DNA of 64,000 nucleotides from Myxococcota bacterium (GTDB taxonomy: Bacteria > Myxococcota_A > SURF-8): the NCBI GenBank assembly GCA_963674735.2, contig CAXXQS010000001.1:2048001-2112000 (forward strand), given 5' to 3'. Under the pieces are notes generated by a model. The model did not search any database. It was given only the letters and a program-made list of their open reading frames with translations, and had not been told where the DNA came from. Below, one piece after another: positions 20,692 to 31,212 of the stretch (positions within the stretch are counted from its first letter, which is position 1; each line of letters begins with the position of its first letter). The position numbers and the translations under genes were made by a program.

Positions 20692-20920
20692 AAGGCACCC
20701 AAGCCGGTTCCTTCTCTCGTGTTCAACCCACATGAGAATTGACGAAATTTCATAAGGCGGCCATCGGGCAACGGCGGCAAAATAAATACTTCTACCAGGA
20801 ACAATATTCCGACTAAACCCCGGTTCTGCAGAAGCCATCAGCCCCCATATCATATGACAATATTTTTTCTATCCACCACCTGATTCACTGATCTACTTTG
20901 CTGAAATTTACTCTTGATCA

Positions 20921-22009
20921 TCACCTACAATACATGACTAAATGCGGGAGGTGCTGAGTAAGGTAATTCACAAATCTCCTTTTTCTAAAGCTGAAAAGAC
21001 CTTCAGTTTCTGCCCCACCCAAATTTGCGTATTGAAAACCCGACTTTAATGCTCTCTCAAGTGCAAATAACAATAGAAGTTCGCTACAAGATGGGATTTC
21101 TGGATCTCCAATTTCCGCATATATACCGACAGCAGATGTTGAAATTTTGTCGGAGAAAGAAAGTCCCAATACTTTTCTACTTTGTGTGTCATACATTATA
21201 TAAGCAGATCCCATTTTTCTTTTCTTCTTTGATAGCCCATGTGTGTCATAAAATCGATTAAACTGATCGACATCGTTTAGGAAACACTCATGGCTATCAA
21301 CTAGTTCCTTTCTACACTCGCTTGGATATCGAGCTATTCTTCTATCTGCCCATTTCCTAATAAGAGATGATACGTCTTCTCTATCTTTGTCTGGTTTGTA
21401 CCGTTTAAAACGGACTGACAATTCTCGTTCAGCTGCATGATTAATAAACTTATTGATTTTTCTCCTTATTTGCGCTCCACTAGAACCCCTTGGAACCGGT
21501 ATTCTATAATTATTATCAATCGTATATCCCGTGAATAACGGATTAATCTGAACTATAAACTCGTCATATGTATCATCATCGTGCCTATATTTTTCATCCC
21601 ATCCATCCATTCTTCTGTAACTACTAAATCCTCGCATTCTTAGTATAGCTCTAATATGTTCGCTTGCCTTTTTGATAATCACTCTTTTGAATCCCTTTTT
21701 AAAAAGAGTTTTGGAAAGTGTCGCACAAGAATTTGAAATGGTTTGCGGATTACTTCCGATTGGACGAATTAGAACCACAGTGTCTTTGCAAGTAGGATGT
21801 GAAGTTATCGTAATTAACGTATTGTTTTTCTCATAACATAGCCATATTCTTCTCGCCGCTTGTCGATAATAGCTCCAAGAATTACCATAATCGATTTCAT
21901 TCTCATATATATTAAAATATCTCGTATAAAGTGACCGATCTAAAGGAGAGACTTCTCGAATTCCTTTTACAGATAGAAGCTCAATTATTTTCTCTGGCTC
22001 ATCTCTCAT
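20921..22009 (-). CDS. DUF2156/MprF-C-terminal-like GNAT-fold protein (AT-rich)
   Basis: LxGxxxxxIRRKINKF and YANLGGAETEGLFSFRK motifs resemble aminoacyl-tRNA-dependent transferase domains. Confidence 0.55.
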   Translation of the reverse strand: MRDEPEKIIELLSVKGIREVSPLDRSLYTRYFNIYENEIDYGNSWSYYRQAARRIWLCYEKNNTLITITSHPTCKDTVVLIRPIGSNPQTISNSCATLSKTLFKKGFKRVIIKKASEHIRAILRMRGFSSYRRMDGWDEKYRHDDDTYDEFIVQINPLFTGYTIDNNYRIPVPRGSSGAQIRRKINKFINHAAERELSVRFKRYKPDKDREDVSSLIRKWADRRIARYPSECRKELVDSHECFLNDVDQFNRFYDTHGLSKKKRKMGSAYIMYDTQSRKVLGLSFSDKISTSAVGIYAEIGDPEIPSCSELLLLFALERALKSGFQYANLGGAETEGLFSFRKRRFVNYLTQHLPHLVMYCR

Positions 22010-22031
22010 GATTTCACTCTCGAGTAACCAC

Positions 22032-22832
22032 CTATTTACCGAAGTATACCTCTTTAAACAAGAGTATATCAATTATTTCTATTATTAGGATAACAATACC
22101 ACACGCTCCTAATAAAAATTGAACATCCGCACAATACAAAGATAAAAATATTATTGCCAGTGTTGCTATCACAATATCAAGCAACAACCACACTTTAGCT
22201 AAGTTAAAATGCTCAACCGATTGATCATACATTTGCTGATAGTTATTCTCTCCGGCACAAAGTTTAACAATTTGTCTCTTGTAATAATAGAAAGTATACG
22301 TTAGGTACGAGTTTCGCATTACAAACAACATGGAAGACACAATAAATATCCACAAAAACACCTTAGGCTTGTTAAAATAAAATGATTGAAATGCAAGTGA
22401 TAAGACAACCAATAGCAAAAACAAAAAATCTACAATCCTCTCATTGTATTTTCTTTTTTCAGGCATTTTAGCGTTTTCAATAAAGTCGGAATATAGTATT
22501 TCTTTGTCATAGAAACAAACAAAACCCAAGAATGTCCTTATCAAATTCGAAAAATATATTATGAAAAGTGAGACAAGAAGTAAGCTACTCGAGCCTCCAA
22601 TTTTCTTTACAAACTCGTTTTTGTCTAAACAAGTTGCTTGTAACAATTTTCCAACACAATCACTATCAGAAAATATTTTATCAGCAATTCCACTCCTAAC
22701 CATCTTGCAACAACAACTGGAATAGTCAGCAACGGCCACGCCATTAATACCTTTGACAAACTCAGAAATACCAACTCCCAAACAGATGCCCAATAAGACA
22801 TTAATAAACAATAACATTCCGTCTCTTCTCAT
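22032..22832 (-). CDS. Hypothetical multi-pass membrane protein (AT-rich)
   Basis: 266-aa ORF with about 6 hydrophobic segments and a Cys-rich loop after TM1. Confidence 0.7.
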   Translation of the reverse strand: MRRDGMLLFINVLLGICLGVGISEFVKGINGVAVADYSSCCCKMVRSGIADKIFSDSDCVGKLLQATCLDKNEFVKKIGGSSSLLLVSLFIIYFSNLIRTFLGFVCFYDKEILYSDFIENAKMPEKRKYNERIVDFLFLLLVVLSLAFQSFYFNKPKVFLWIFIVSSMLFVMRNSYLTYTFYYYKRQIVKLCAGENNYQQMYDQSVEHFNLAKVWLLLDIVIATLAIIFLSLYCADVQFLLGACGIVILIIEIIDILLFKEVYFGK

Positions 22833-22901
22833 ACTAAAACCCCTACCTTTATTTTATTACTACATAACTATTATAATATTTCTTGTCAAGTTTATGGCAA
22901 C

Positions 22902-22933
22902 AAAAAAGCGCGGGGACCACATGGTCCCCGCGC
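22902..22933 (-). terminator. Rho-independent terminator
   Basis: GCGCGGGGACCA-CA-TGGTCCCCGCGC hairpin followed by U6 on the minus strand, about 30 bp after the acyl-CoA dehydrogenase stop. Confidence 0.9.
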
Positions 22934-22962
22934 GTGCGTTCGCGATGAATGAGTGACGTGGC

Positions 22963-24807
22963 TTAGAGCACGACTTCCATCACGCTGTGATCGTCGGCCA
23001 GCATGGTCTTGACCAGGCCGCGATTCGCGGTCAGCAGGTTCAGGTGATAGAACTGAGCCGTCTTGACTTTGGCATCGTAGAACGCCGCTTCGTCGTTGTC
23101 GGCGATCAGCGCTTTCTGAGCCGCTTCGTCGTTCGCATTCTTGTCGGCAAACATGGCCGTCAGTTTATCCTGAGCAACCATCGCCTGCTCGCCCAACAAC
23201 CAACCCATCACGAGGTTACCCATGAAGGTCAGGAACGGGGTGGCCTGCAGCAGCACGTCGATGATCTTGCCTTCCATGCCCTTGCCCATGAAGGTCATGG
23301 CGACGGTCTGCATGTCGCCGAGGCTCTTTTCGAATTCGGCGATGTAACCCTTCGTGCCTTCATGCTCTTTGGCTTTGGCCAGATAGCTCTGCAGCTCGCC
23401 GACAAACGCCATAAACACGGCACCCTTCTTCATGCCCATCTTGCGGCCGACGAGATCCATGGCCTGAATGCCGTTGGTTCCTTCGTAGATGGAGAAGATC
23501 TTGGTGTCGCGCATATGCTGTTCGCAGGGGTACTCGCTGATGAACCCGTAACCGCCGAGAGTCTGGATGGCGAGACGAGTGACTTCGAAAGCGATGTCGG
23601 TGCCGTAGCCCTTGCAGATCGGGGTCAGAAGCTCGATGATACCGGTGGCCAGATCCTTCTCGGGACCTTCTTCGCCGTTCATCATCAAGTCGGCATAGCG
23701 GGCGGTTTTGTACATCAGGGCGCGCATGCCGTGCACATAGGCGCGCTGGGTCAGCAGCATGCGGCGAACGTCCGGGTGCTCGATGATCGGAACCATCGGG
23801 GCGTCGGGGTTTTTGAAGTTTTTGATGTCGGTGCCCTGCAGACGCTCACGGGCGTAATCCAACGCTTCGTTGTAGGCGGCCGCGGCCACCGACAGGCCCT
23901 GCAGGCCGACGCCGAGACGGGCTTCGTTCATCATGTGGAACATGATCTTGATGCCGTCGCCTTCGTTGCCGATCAACCAACCTTCGCAGTTGTCGTTTTC
24001 ACCGAAAGCCAAGGTACAGGTGGAGGAACCCTTGATGCCCATCTTGTGCTCGATACCCACGCACTTCACATCGTTGAATTCGCCGACGCTGCCGTCGTCG
24101 TTGACCAGGAACTTCGGCACGATGAACAGGGACAGACCCTTGACGCCCTTCGGGGCTTCGGGGGTACGGGCCAACACCAGGTGAACGTTGTTTTCGACCA
24201 TATCATGCTCACCGGAACTGATGAAGATCTTCTGGCCGACGATTTTGTAAAAGCCGTCGCGGATTTTGACAGCCTGGGTTTTGTTCGCGCCGACATCGGA
24301 ACCGGCTCCGGCTTCGGTAAGACACATGGTGCCGCCCCAAACGCCGCTGATCATTTTTTCGAGGTACACGGCCTTCTGTTCGTCGGTGCCTTCGTCCATG
24401 ATCAACGCCAACGCGCCATGGGTCAGGCCCGGATACATCGAAAACGCAACGGACGCGCCACAGAAAGCTTCGCTGGCCGCCATGTAAATCAACTGGGGCG
24501 CACCGGTGCCGCCATGCTCCATGGGGATATTCAGACCGATCCAACCGTCCTGGCAGTAAGCGTCATAGGCTTCTTTATAGCCCTTGGGCGTCGTCACGCT
24601 GCCATCTTCGTTGAAGATGCAACCTTCTCGGTCGCCGCTCTCATTCAAAGGCGCAATCACGTCCTTGGAGAATTTGTAGGCACTCTGCAGAAGGATATCG
24701 AAGGTGTCCTTATCGAGTTCGGAATAGGCAGGCAGCTTGAGCAGTGCTTCAGCATCCAGATACTCGTACAGGTTAAAACGATGGTCTCTTTCCTCTACGC
24801 GAAACAT
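22963..24807 (-). CDS. Long-form acyl-CoA dehydrogenase (DmdC/FadE5-like)
   Basis: GTMCLTE, KIFISSGEHD, EHKMGI, MNEAR, IYEGTNGIQ; AAGGAG RBS. Confidence 0.95.
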   Translation of the reverse strand: MFRVEERDHRFNLYEYLDAEALLKLPAYSELDKDTFDILLQSAYKFSKDVIAPLNESGDREGCIFNEDGSVTTPKGYKEAYDAYCQDGWIGLNIPMEHGGTGAPQLIYMAASEAFCGASVAFSMYPGLTHGALALIMDEGTDEQKAVYLEKMISGVWGGTMCLTEAGAGSDVGANKTQAVKIRDGFYKIVGQKIFISSGEHDMVENNVHLVLARTPEAPKGVKGLSLFIVPKFLVNDDGSVGEFNDVKCVGIEHKMGIKGSSTCTLAFGENDNCEGWLIGNEGDGIKIMFHMMNEARLGVGLQGLSVAAAAYNEALDYARERLQGTDIKNFKNPDAPMVPIIEHPDVRRMLLTQRAYVHGMRALMYKTARYADLMMNGEEGPEKDLATGIIELLTPICKGYGTDIAFEVTRLAIQTLGGYGFISEYPCEQHMRDTKIFSIYEGTNGIQAMDLVGRKMGMKKGAVFMAFVGELQSYLAKAKEHEGTKGYIAEFEKSLGDMQTVAMTFMGKGMEGKIIDVLLQATPFLTFMGNLVMGWLLGEQAMVAQDKLTAMFADKNANDEAAQKALIADNDEAAFYDAKVKTAQFYHLNLLTANRGLVKTMLADDHSVMEVVL

Positions 24808-25085
24808 GGCAACTCCTTCCGTGTGCCAACCTATGTCGGCTGATGAGTGGAAACAGCCTGAATCAGGCGTGTCAATACAACAATTCCAGGTTCGTCGCAC
24901 CTCAACGAACCTACCATTACTACTCCTAAGTTTGTCTCCAGGTCAAGAGGAAATGACATTGTGCGCCATCGAATTCTGACTAATTGGTAAGTTTCATTAA
25001 AACTCTCGCGCATCGAGATTTCGATGCAGCCATATCCCATTGTATCCATTGATGTTTTAAAATATGCTGCGTGATTGCGGTTTCG

Positions 25086-25172
25086 GTGAATGACTATTCA
25101 TTCACAGGTCTATTTCTGTCTTTTTTACGACATTCTGCGAGGTGGATTTGCACATGAATGAGCGCTCAATCA
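25086..25172. promoter_or_regulatory. Two FadR(YsiA)-like TetR operators
   Basis: GTGAATGACTATTCATTCAC (25086-25105, perfect 8-bp arms) and TGAATGAGCGCTCAATCA (25155-25172). Confidence 0.7.
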
Positions 25173-25351
25173 CCACAAGACCAACCTGTTTCCTCGCATC
25201 AATATCTGGAAATCCAACCGGCCATTCCAAGTTGGTGTCGACAAGCTCCATCCAAAATCTTGCGCTCATCTGCCCCAGCTGCTACTCTTGGGACGCTTGC
25301 ATGGAATGACACGCGGCAACCGGCTGCGGATATAGGGGAGTCAACCATACG

Positions 25352-28213
25352 ATGATCGGCGATCGCGTCCGGAGGATCCTCCAAAAAGTTTTTCGCATTC
25401 GCCAGGGGGAAATGGAAAAGACCCTCCTGATGGCGGTGTACGCCTTCAATGCTGTGGCGGCCTTCATTATCGGTCGTATTATGAAGGACACCCTGTTTCT
25501 CAATCAGAGCCAGCTATCCTGGTTACCGTATATGTATATCATCGTGGCGGCGGCGGTTAGTAGCGTCACTCTGCTTTACACGCGCCAGATCGCCCGTTTT
25601 ACGCTTCGCGCCATCATCAACACGACGCTTATAGCCATCATCGCCATCTTCCTGCTCTTCCGATACTTCCTGTACTTGCCGCCACAGAACTGGGTGGTCC
25701 CCGCGCTCTATATTTTCGTCGAGGTCATGGGGATTCTGCTGGTCATCCAATTCTGGACCTTCGCCAATGAGTTGTTCAATTCCCGTGAGGCAAAACGGTT
25801 ATTCGGCGTCATCGGCGGCGGTGCCGTACTGGCCAATCTTTATAGTTTCCCGATTCGCAGTTTGAAAGAATATATCGGAATTCCGAATCTGATCTATGTT
25901 TGCGTCCTCTCGATTTGCATCTGCCTGCTGATTTTCAACTACCTGTCGCGCAAATATCACCTCGCCATCACCGTCAAACGGCGAATCCGCTTGCCCGAAG
26001 ACGAGCATCCCCAGATCAACGGCCCCTCGCGACGACAAGTGGTGTTCGGTTCTCTGCAAAAACACATTTTTTCACTGACCATGATCACCATTCTGGTCGT
26101 CACTTTCATCGATTACCAGTTCAAGGTCACCGCCCGGCATGCCTTCAACGGTTCCGAGCTGGCCGACTTCTTCTTTGCCGTCTATGCTTACGGTGGCCTG
26201 TTGGCCTGTCTGACGCAGTTTTTCCTGACCAGCCGCATCTTGGATAAATTCGGGATGTTGGCGGCCCTTCTGGTTCTTCCCGTCCTGCTTTTCTCCGGAT
26301 CCATTTTCACTTTGGGAATAATCGGCTATATCGGCATCACCATTGCCAAAGGGAGTGAACTGGTCACACGCTACACCATTACCGACACCACCACCCAACT
26401 CCTGTACCAGCCTTTGCCGCCCACACGTCGCCGCCACTCCAAGGCCTTCAGCGATGGCGTGATACGACCCTTGGCGCAGGCCATTGCCGGTACGACCTTT
26501 CTGGTGCTGAACATCCTCTTGGCCATCGATCAGCCGGATCGTATTCATCAACTCAGTTGGGCAATTCTCGTGCTGATCATGGTGTGGGTCGGGCTCCTGG
26601 TCTCCACCCGCCAAAAATACGTGGAAGCCTTGCTCACCGCGTCCGACCGCCGGGCCGGGCAACATCGCTACGCCCCGGAAGATGACGAGGCTGCCGGGCA
26701 TTTGTCGCGCACGGCCGTCAAGAAAGCGCTCGCCTCGAATGATGAGTCGCAGATCTTGAATGCTTTCGAAGTATTGCACCTGACCCGCCGCCACAACTGG
26801 GGCGACGCCATCCGTCCGTTGCTGGAATCCGACTCGCCACGCATCCGCGAACAAGCCGTGCAGTTTCTTGGAAAAAGCGGCAATCGCAAGCATTCGAGCG
26901 CAATCCGGAAACGCTTCGCCGATTCGGATATCGGTGTTCGGTCGATGGCGATCCGCCATTTCTGCGCGTTGGAACAGGAACGCGCCGTTCCACAAATCGC
27001 CGGATTCCTTTCCGATCCGCATCCGAAAGTCAAAGCGGCCACCATTTCGGGGCTGATTCAGTTCGGCGGACTCGACGGCATGCTATCCTCGACCGTCGAG
27101 TTAAAGAAAATGCTCGTCGACGAAGATCCCGACGTCCGCCGATCCGGTGCGGATGTGCTGGGATTCATTCGCATTCACAGTTTTTATCATCCGCTGTTCT
27201 CACTCATTAACGACTCCGACCTCAAGGTCCGTCTGGCCGCAATCGACGCCGTAGGCCGTATGGGCTCCACCGAATTGATTCCAACACTCATCCATAAGCT
27301 GCTGGATGAACGCACCCATATTCACGCCAAACAAGCCTTGTCCTCCTTTGGCGAGGCCGTTTTGCCCTATCTGGACGATCTGTTGACGATCCGCTACGGA
27401 GCAACGCGTCTGCGTCTTCACATTCCGACTATTCTGGCAGATATCCCCACGCAACGGTCATTGGAGATGCTGGAAGGATTGATGGACGAACCCAGCTATC
27501 GGCTGCGATCCAGTGCGATTTCAGCCCTGCGCAAACAAACCCTCAAATTGCCTGAAGAAGTCGAACCCAACCTCTACATCCTGCGCCAGACACTGCACAG
27601 CGAGTTACAGTTCTACTTCCAGTTGCTGGTTAATAAGCAAACGGTCGATCGAGCAGGCGATGGATCGCAATTGCTGTCCTCCGCCATGACCGACCGCAGC
27701 GAGGAAACACTCGGCAACGTTTTCACTTTGCTTGGCATGCTTTACCCGCGCGAACAAATCGAGATCGTCTGGTACAACCTTAAAAGCGATAATCCCGGAA
27801 TGCGTGCCAACGCCATCGAAATCATCGATAACATCTGCGAGTCGGAAAGCAAACGCTACCTGCTGCCGATTCTCGATACCATCCCCCTGCACGAAAAGGC
27901 GGAGGCCGGGCAGCGCTTGTTCAAGCTGAACGAACCCGACATCATCAGCCTGATTCGCCAAATACTCGCCGACGACCAAGACGACTGGTTGGCGGCCTGC
28001 GCGATCCATATGGCCGGCGCCTGCGGCTATCGGGAACTTTTGGATGACCTAGCCGCTTTCATCGATCACGACGACCCGATTCTACGCGAATCGCTGCTGT
28101 TCAGCTTGAATCGTCTGCTGGATTCCGATGAGAAAGCCGGTGTATTCGGCAAATTCGAAAGTGAAAAAGACGAACAGGTTCGCCTCTACCTCGACTCGCT
28201 GCAAACCGCCTGA
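25352..28213 (+). CDS. Npt/TLC-family (ADP/ATP carrier-like) MFS transporter fused to HEAT repeats
   Basis: QFWTFANELFNSREAKRLFG, FIDYQF, about 12 TM, then HEAT repeats (DxxPxVR, RANAIE). Confidence 0.88.
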   Translation: MIGDRVRRILQKVFRIRQGEMEKTLLMAVYAFNAVAAFIIGRIMKDTLFLNQSQLSWLPYMYIIVAAAVSSVTLLYTRQIARFTLRAIINTTLIAIIAIFLLFRYFLYLPPQNWVVPALYIFVEVMGILLVIQFWTFANELFNSREAKRLFGVIGGGAVLANLYSFPIRSLKEYIGIPNLIYVCVLSICICLLIFNYLSRKYHLAITVKRRIRLPEDEHPQINGPSRRQVVFGSLQKHIFSLTMITILVVTFIDYQFKVTARHAFNGSELADFFFAVYAYGGLLACLTQFFLTSRILDKFGMLAALLVLPVLLFSGSIFTLGIIGYIGITIAKGSELVTRYTITDTTTQLLYQPLPPTRRRHSKAFSDGVIRPLAQAIAGTTFLVLNILLAIDQPDRIHQLSWAILVLIMVWVGLLVSTRQKYVEALLTASDRRAGQHRYAPEDDEAAGHLSRTAVKKALASNDESQILNAFEVLHLTRRHNWGDAIRPLLESDSPRIREQAVQFLGKSGNRKHSSAIRKRFADSDIGVRSMAIRHFCALEQERAVPQIAGFLSDPHPKVKAATISGLIQFGGLDGMLSSTVELKKMLVDEDPDVRRSGADVLGFIRIHSFYHPLFSLINDSDLKVRLAAIDAVGRMGSTELIPTLIHKLLDERTHIHAKQALSSFGEAVLPYLDDLLTIRYGATRLRLHIPTILADIPTQRSLEMLEGLMDEPSYRLRSSAISALRKQTLKLPEEVEPNLYILRQTLHSELQFYFQLLVNKQTVDRAGDGSQLLSSAMTDRSEETLGNVFTLLGMLYPREQIEIVWYNLKSDNPGMRANAIEIIDNICESESKRYLLPILDTIPLHEKAEAGQRLFKLNEPDIISLIRQILADDQDDWLAACAIHMAGACGYRELLDDLAAFIDHDDPILRESLLFSLNRLLDSDEKAGVFGKFESEKDEQVRLYLDSLQTA

Positions 28214-28346
28214 TCGACCGCCGAAAAAGAAAAAAACGAAAGCGCTGAAATCCACAACCGACACGATTGTCTACCCATAAATCCGCTTGGAACAGGTTGC
28301 ATCCGTATCCAAACTTCCTATAAACGGGTCTAATTGGCGGATAAAG

Positions 28347-28375
28347 TTGACGAATCGTCGTTGCATGTTTAAAGT
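28347..28375 (+). promoter_or_regulatory. Putative sigma70 promoter of the manC operon
   Basis: TTGACG-N17-TAAAGT. Confidence 0.5.
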
Positions 28376-28417
28376 TGGGGTCGGCATTCACTCGCATTTC
28401 TGATTATGGAGGCACGC

Positions 28418-29503
28418 ATGTACGTGGTGATTCTGGCCGGCGGATCCGGTACCCGTTTCTGGCCGCTTAGCCGACGCAACCGCCCCAAGCAACTCCTACC
28501 GATCGTAGGCCGACAGTCCTTGCTCACCCAGACGGTGAAACGCGCCTTGCAGTTAAAACCCAAAGGTATCCTGATCGTGACGGGAGCCGACCAGGCCGAA
28601 CTCGTCGAGGCGACTCTCAAGCGTGAAAAGGCGATGGGAGCGGCGGGTGATACCAAACTGGAAATCATCGGCGAACCCCAAGGGCGCAACACCGCCCCGG
28701 CCATCGGGCTGGCGGCGCGGATCATCTCGCGCCGCGAGCGTAAAGGAATCATGGTGGTCCTACCCGCCGACCACTACATCAAAGAAACTAAAAAATATAT
28801 CGGTCTTTTAGAAGAAGCGGTCCAGATCGCCGAAACCGGCTACCTGGTCACGCTGGGCATTCGCACTTCACGCCCCGAAACCGGCTATGGGTATATCCAG
28901 CGTGGGCGTATGCGTGTCCGGCAGGGATTCATGGTGCAGAGTTTCATCGAAAAGCCGAAGCGTCTCAAAGCCGAGCGTTATCATCACGATGCGGAATACT
29001 ACTGGAACAGCGGGATGTTCGTCTGGCGTTGCGATGTCTTTTTGGATGAGCTCAAACGCTACCTGCCCGAAGCTCGTCAGCTTCTGAGCAAACTCCCGGC
29101 CAAGCCGTACGATCACCCCGCCTACGAGCAGAAGCTCGCCGAGATCTACGGCAAAATGCCGGGAATCTCGGTCGATTACGCCATTCTCGAGAAATCCCAC
29201 AAGGTGACGGTTTTACCCGCCCCGATTACCTGGAGCGACGTCGGTAGTTGGCCGAGTTTGCATGATTTGAAGGCCACCTCCACGAACCAAACGGTTTCCA
29301 CCGGCGATCTGCTGCCTCTGAATGGCGTCAATCGCTGTTACGTACAGGCACCGAAAAAGAAGCTCGTTGCCATCGTAGGCGTGGACGATCTGGTGGTGGT
29401 CGATACCGACGACGCCCTGCTGATCACCCGGCTCGACAAAGGTCAGGAAGTTTCTCAGGTCGTGAAAACGCTCAAGAAGCTGAAACGCGACGATCTTCTA
29501 TAG
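28418..29503 (+). CDS. manC: Mannose-1-phosphate guanylyltransferase
   Basis: ILAGGSGTRFWPLSR..PKQ, GRNTAP, PADH, WNSGMF, WSDVGSW. Confidence 0.95.
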   Translation: MYVVILAGGSGTRFWPLSRRNRPKQLLPIVGRQSLLTQTVKRALQLKPKGILIVTGADQAELVEATLKREKAMGAAGDTKLEIIGEPQGRNTAPAIGLAARIISRRERKGIMVVLPADHYIKETKKYIGLLEEAVQIAETGYLVTLGIRTSRPETGYGYIQRGRMRVRQGFMVQSFIEKPKRLKAERYHHDAEYYWNSGMFVWRCDVFLDELKRYLPEARQLLSKLPAKPYDHPAYEQKLAEIYGKMPGISVDYAILEKSHKVTVLPAPITWSDVGSWPSLHDLKATSTNQTVSTGDLLPLNGVNRCYVQAPKKKLVAIVGVDDLVVVDTDDALLITRLDKGQEVSQVVKTLKKLKRDDLL

Positions 29504-29519
29504 TCGAAAAGGATGTCCG

Positions 29520-30524
29520 ATGCCAGTTCCACGGATCTGCGTGGTCATTCCGGCCCATAACGAAGAAGCGTTCATCGAATCCGTCATCCGGCGTGTTCCC
29601 GATCTCGTGCAATCCATCGTCGTGGTCGACGATGCCTCCAGCGACGCCACCAGCGAGCGGGTCGAGGCCTGCCAAGATCCGCGTGTGCATCTCATCCGCC
29701 ATGAAAACAATACCGGGGTGGGCGGTGCGGTTTTATCGGGTTATCGCTACGCCCTCGAACAGGAAGCCGACATCGTCGTCAAGCTGGACGGCGATGGGCA
29801 GATGGCCCCGGAGGAAATCACCGACATCATCCGGCCGATCCGCTCGAAACGCGCCGATTACACCAAAGGAGTCCGTTTCCAGGATTCAGACGTCATTCAC
29901 AAGATGCCACCCGCCCGACTGATCGGCAACCTGGGGCTTTCTTTTTTGGTAAAAGCCGCCAGCGGTTACTGGAACACCTTCGACCCCACCAACGGATTCA
30001 CGGCCATCAGCCGCCTGGCTCTCGAACGCCTCGATTTCTCTCGGCTGGCCAAAGATTATTTTTTCGAATCCAGCATGTTGGCCGAGCTATACCGCATCGG
30101 GGCGGTGGTGGAAGATGTCCCCACTCAAACCCATTACGGGGAAGAACACAGCGACCTGACCCTCATCCGTTCTCTGATAACCTTTCCGGTTTACCTCGCG
30201 CAAACCTTTTTACGCCGCATCATTTGGCGCTATTTCATCATCGATTTCAATGCCTTTTCCTTGTTCTCCGTGCTGGGTTCGCTGCTATTCGGCTTCGGCT
30301 TTACCTTCGGCTTGTACCATTGGATTAAAAACGGCCTGTTTCTGAATGTCGCCACCCCGCTGGGCACCATCATGCTGGCCGCGCTGCCGCTGCTTTTGGG
30401 CTTTCAACTCCTGTTGCAGGCTTTCGTGATCGACATCCACAACACCCCTCAGACACCGCTTTTCGCCAAGCTCGACCGCGATCCACCGGATGACGCTGAC
30501 GATCCAGCCCCGAGGAAGGCATGA
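29520..30524 (+). CDS. GT2 polyprenyl-phosphate glycosyltransferase (DPM1/GtrB-like) with two C-terminal TMs
   Basis: IPAHNE, VDDAS, DGDGQ, DPTNGF. Confidence 0.9.
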   Translation: MPVPRICVVIPAHNEEAFIESVIRRVPDLVQSIVVVDDASSDATSERVEACQDPRVHLIRHENNTGVGGAVLSGYRYALEQEADIVVKLDGDGQMAPEEITDIIRPIRSKRADYTKGVRFQDSDVIHKMPPARLIGNLGLSFLVKAASGYWNTFDPTNGFTAISRLALERLDFSRLAKDYFFESSMLAELYRIGAVVEDVPTQTHYGEEHSDLTLIRSLITFPVYLAQTFLRRIIWRYFIIDFNAFSLFSVLGSLLFGFGFTFGLYHWIKNGLFLNVATPLGTIMLAALPLLLGFQLLLQAFVIDIHNTPQTPLFAKLDRDPPDDADDPAPRKA

Positions 30525-30880
30525 GCCGGACGGCGTCGAAAACGCTCTGGTTGTCGCTGAGTCTGGCCTTTCAAACCGCAGCCATGATCCTGGCCAAACA
30601 GGCGGGTTTGTCCACCGCCGATGACGGCATGATGGCCTTGCCCACTTGTCCCTGGTTCTGGCTGATGCTCGTCGCCTACGCCGCCCAAGCGCTGGCCTGG
30701 CTGAAAGCCCTAACTCTCCTGCCGCTTAGCGTGGCTTATCCGTTTACGGCCTTAACGGTGGGGCTGAACCTGCTGGCCAGCCGCCTCCTGTTTGCAGAGC
30801 CGTTTTCCCTCACACATGTGGCGGGGGGCGCCTTGATCATCGCCGGGGTCTGGCTGGTCGCACGAGGAGCGGAGGCATGA
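30521..30880 (+). CDS. SMR/EamA-like 4-TM protein (ArnE/F-like flippase subunit)
   Basis: LPLSVAYPF motif, 4 TM, overlaps the GT2 stop. Confidence 0.8.
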   Translation: MSRTASKTLWLSLSLAFQTAAMILAKQAGLSTADDGMMALPTCPWFWLMLVAYAAQALAWLKALTLLPLSVAYPFTALTVGLNLLASRLLFAEPFSLTHVAGGALIIAGVWLVARGAEA

Positions 30881-31212
30881 GCGTACATGTCATCGCCATG
30901 CTGGCGGCCATTCTGTCGGTGGGAATCGGACAAACGCTGCTGAAAGCCGGAGCGGGGGGAGACATAAGCTTCACGCGTCGCTTATGGCGCGTCCCAACAA
31001 TGGGCGGTTACGCCCTGCTGGCACTGGCCACCCTGCTCACAGCCTTTGCGCTCCAAGAACTTCCGCTACGGCTATTCGTTCTCACATCCGCCTTGGTTTA
31101 CCCGCTGATCTCAATCCTGTCGGCCTCGTTCCTGAAGGAACGCATCAGGTGGTCTCAATGGCTGGGAATCGCGCTGATCGTCACCGGGGTTATCTGGTCA
31201 ACCTTCGGCTGA
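30877..31212 (+). CDS. SMR/EamA-like 4-TM protein (ArnE/F-like flippase subunit)
   Basis: GQTLLKAG, FLKERI..GIALIVTGV, coupled to the previous gene. Confidence 0.8.
   Translation: MSVHVIAMLAAILSVGIGQTLLKAGAGGDISFTRRLWRVPTMGGYALLALATLLTAFALQELPLRLFVLTSALVYPLISILSASFLKERIRWSQWLGIALIVTGVIWSTFG

Noticed and set aside
22987-24843. 618-aa plus-strand ORF
   Set aside because: Antisense shadow of the acyl-CoA dehydrogenase caused by codon bias; no motifs.
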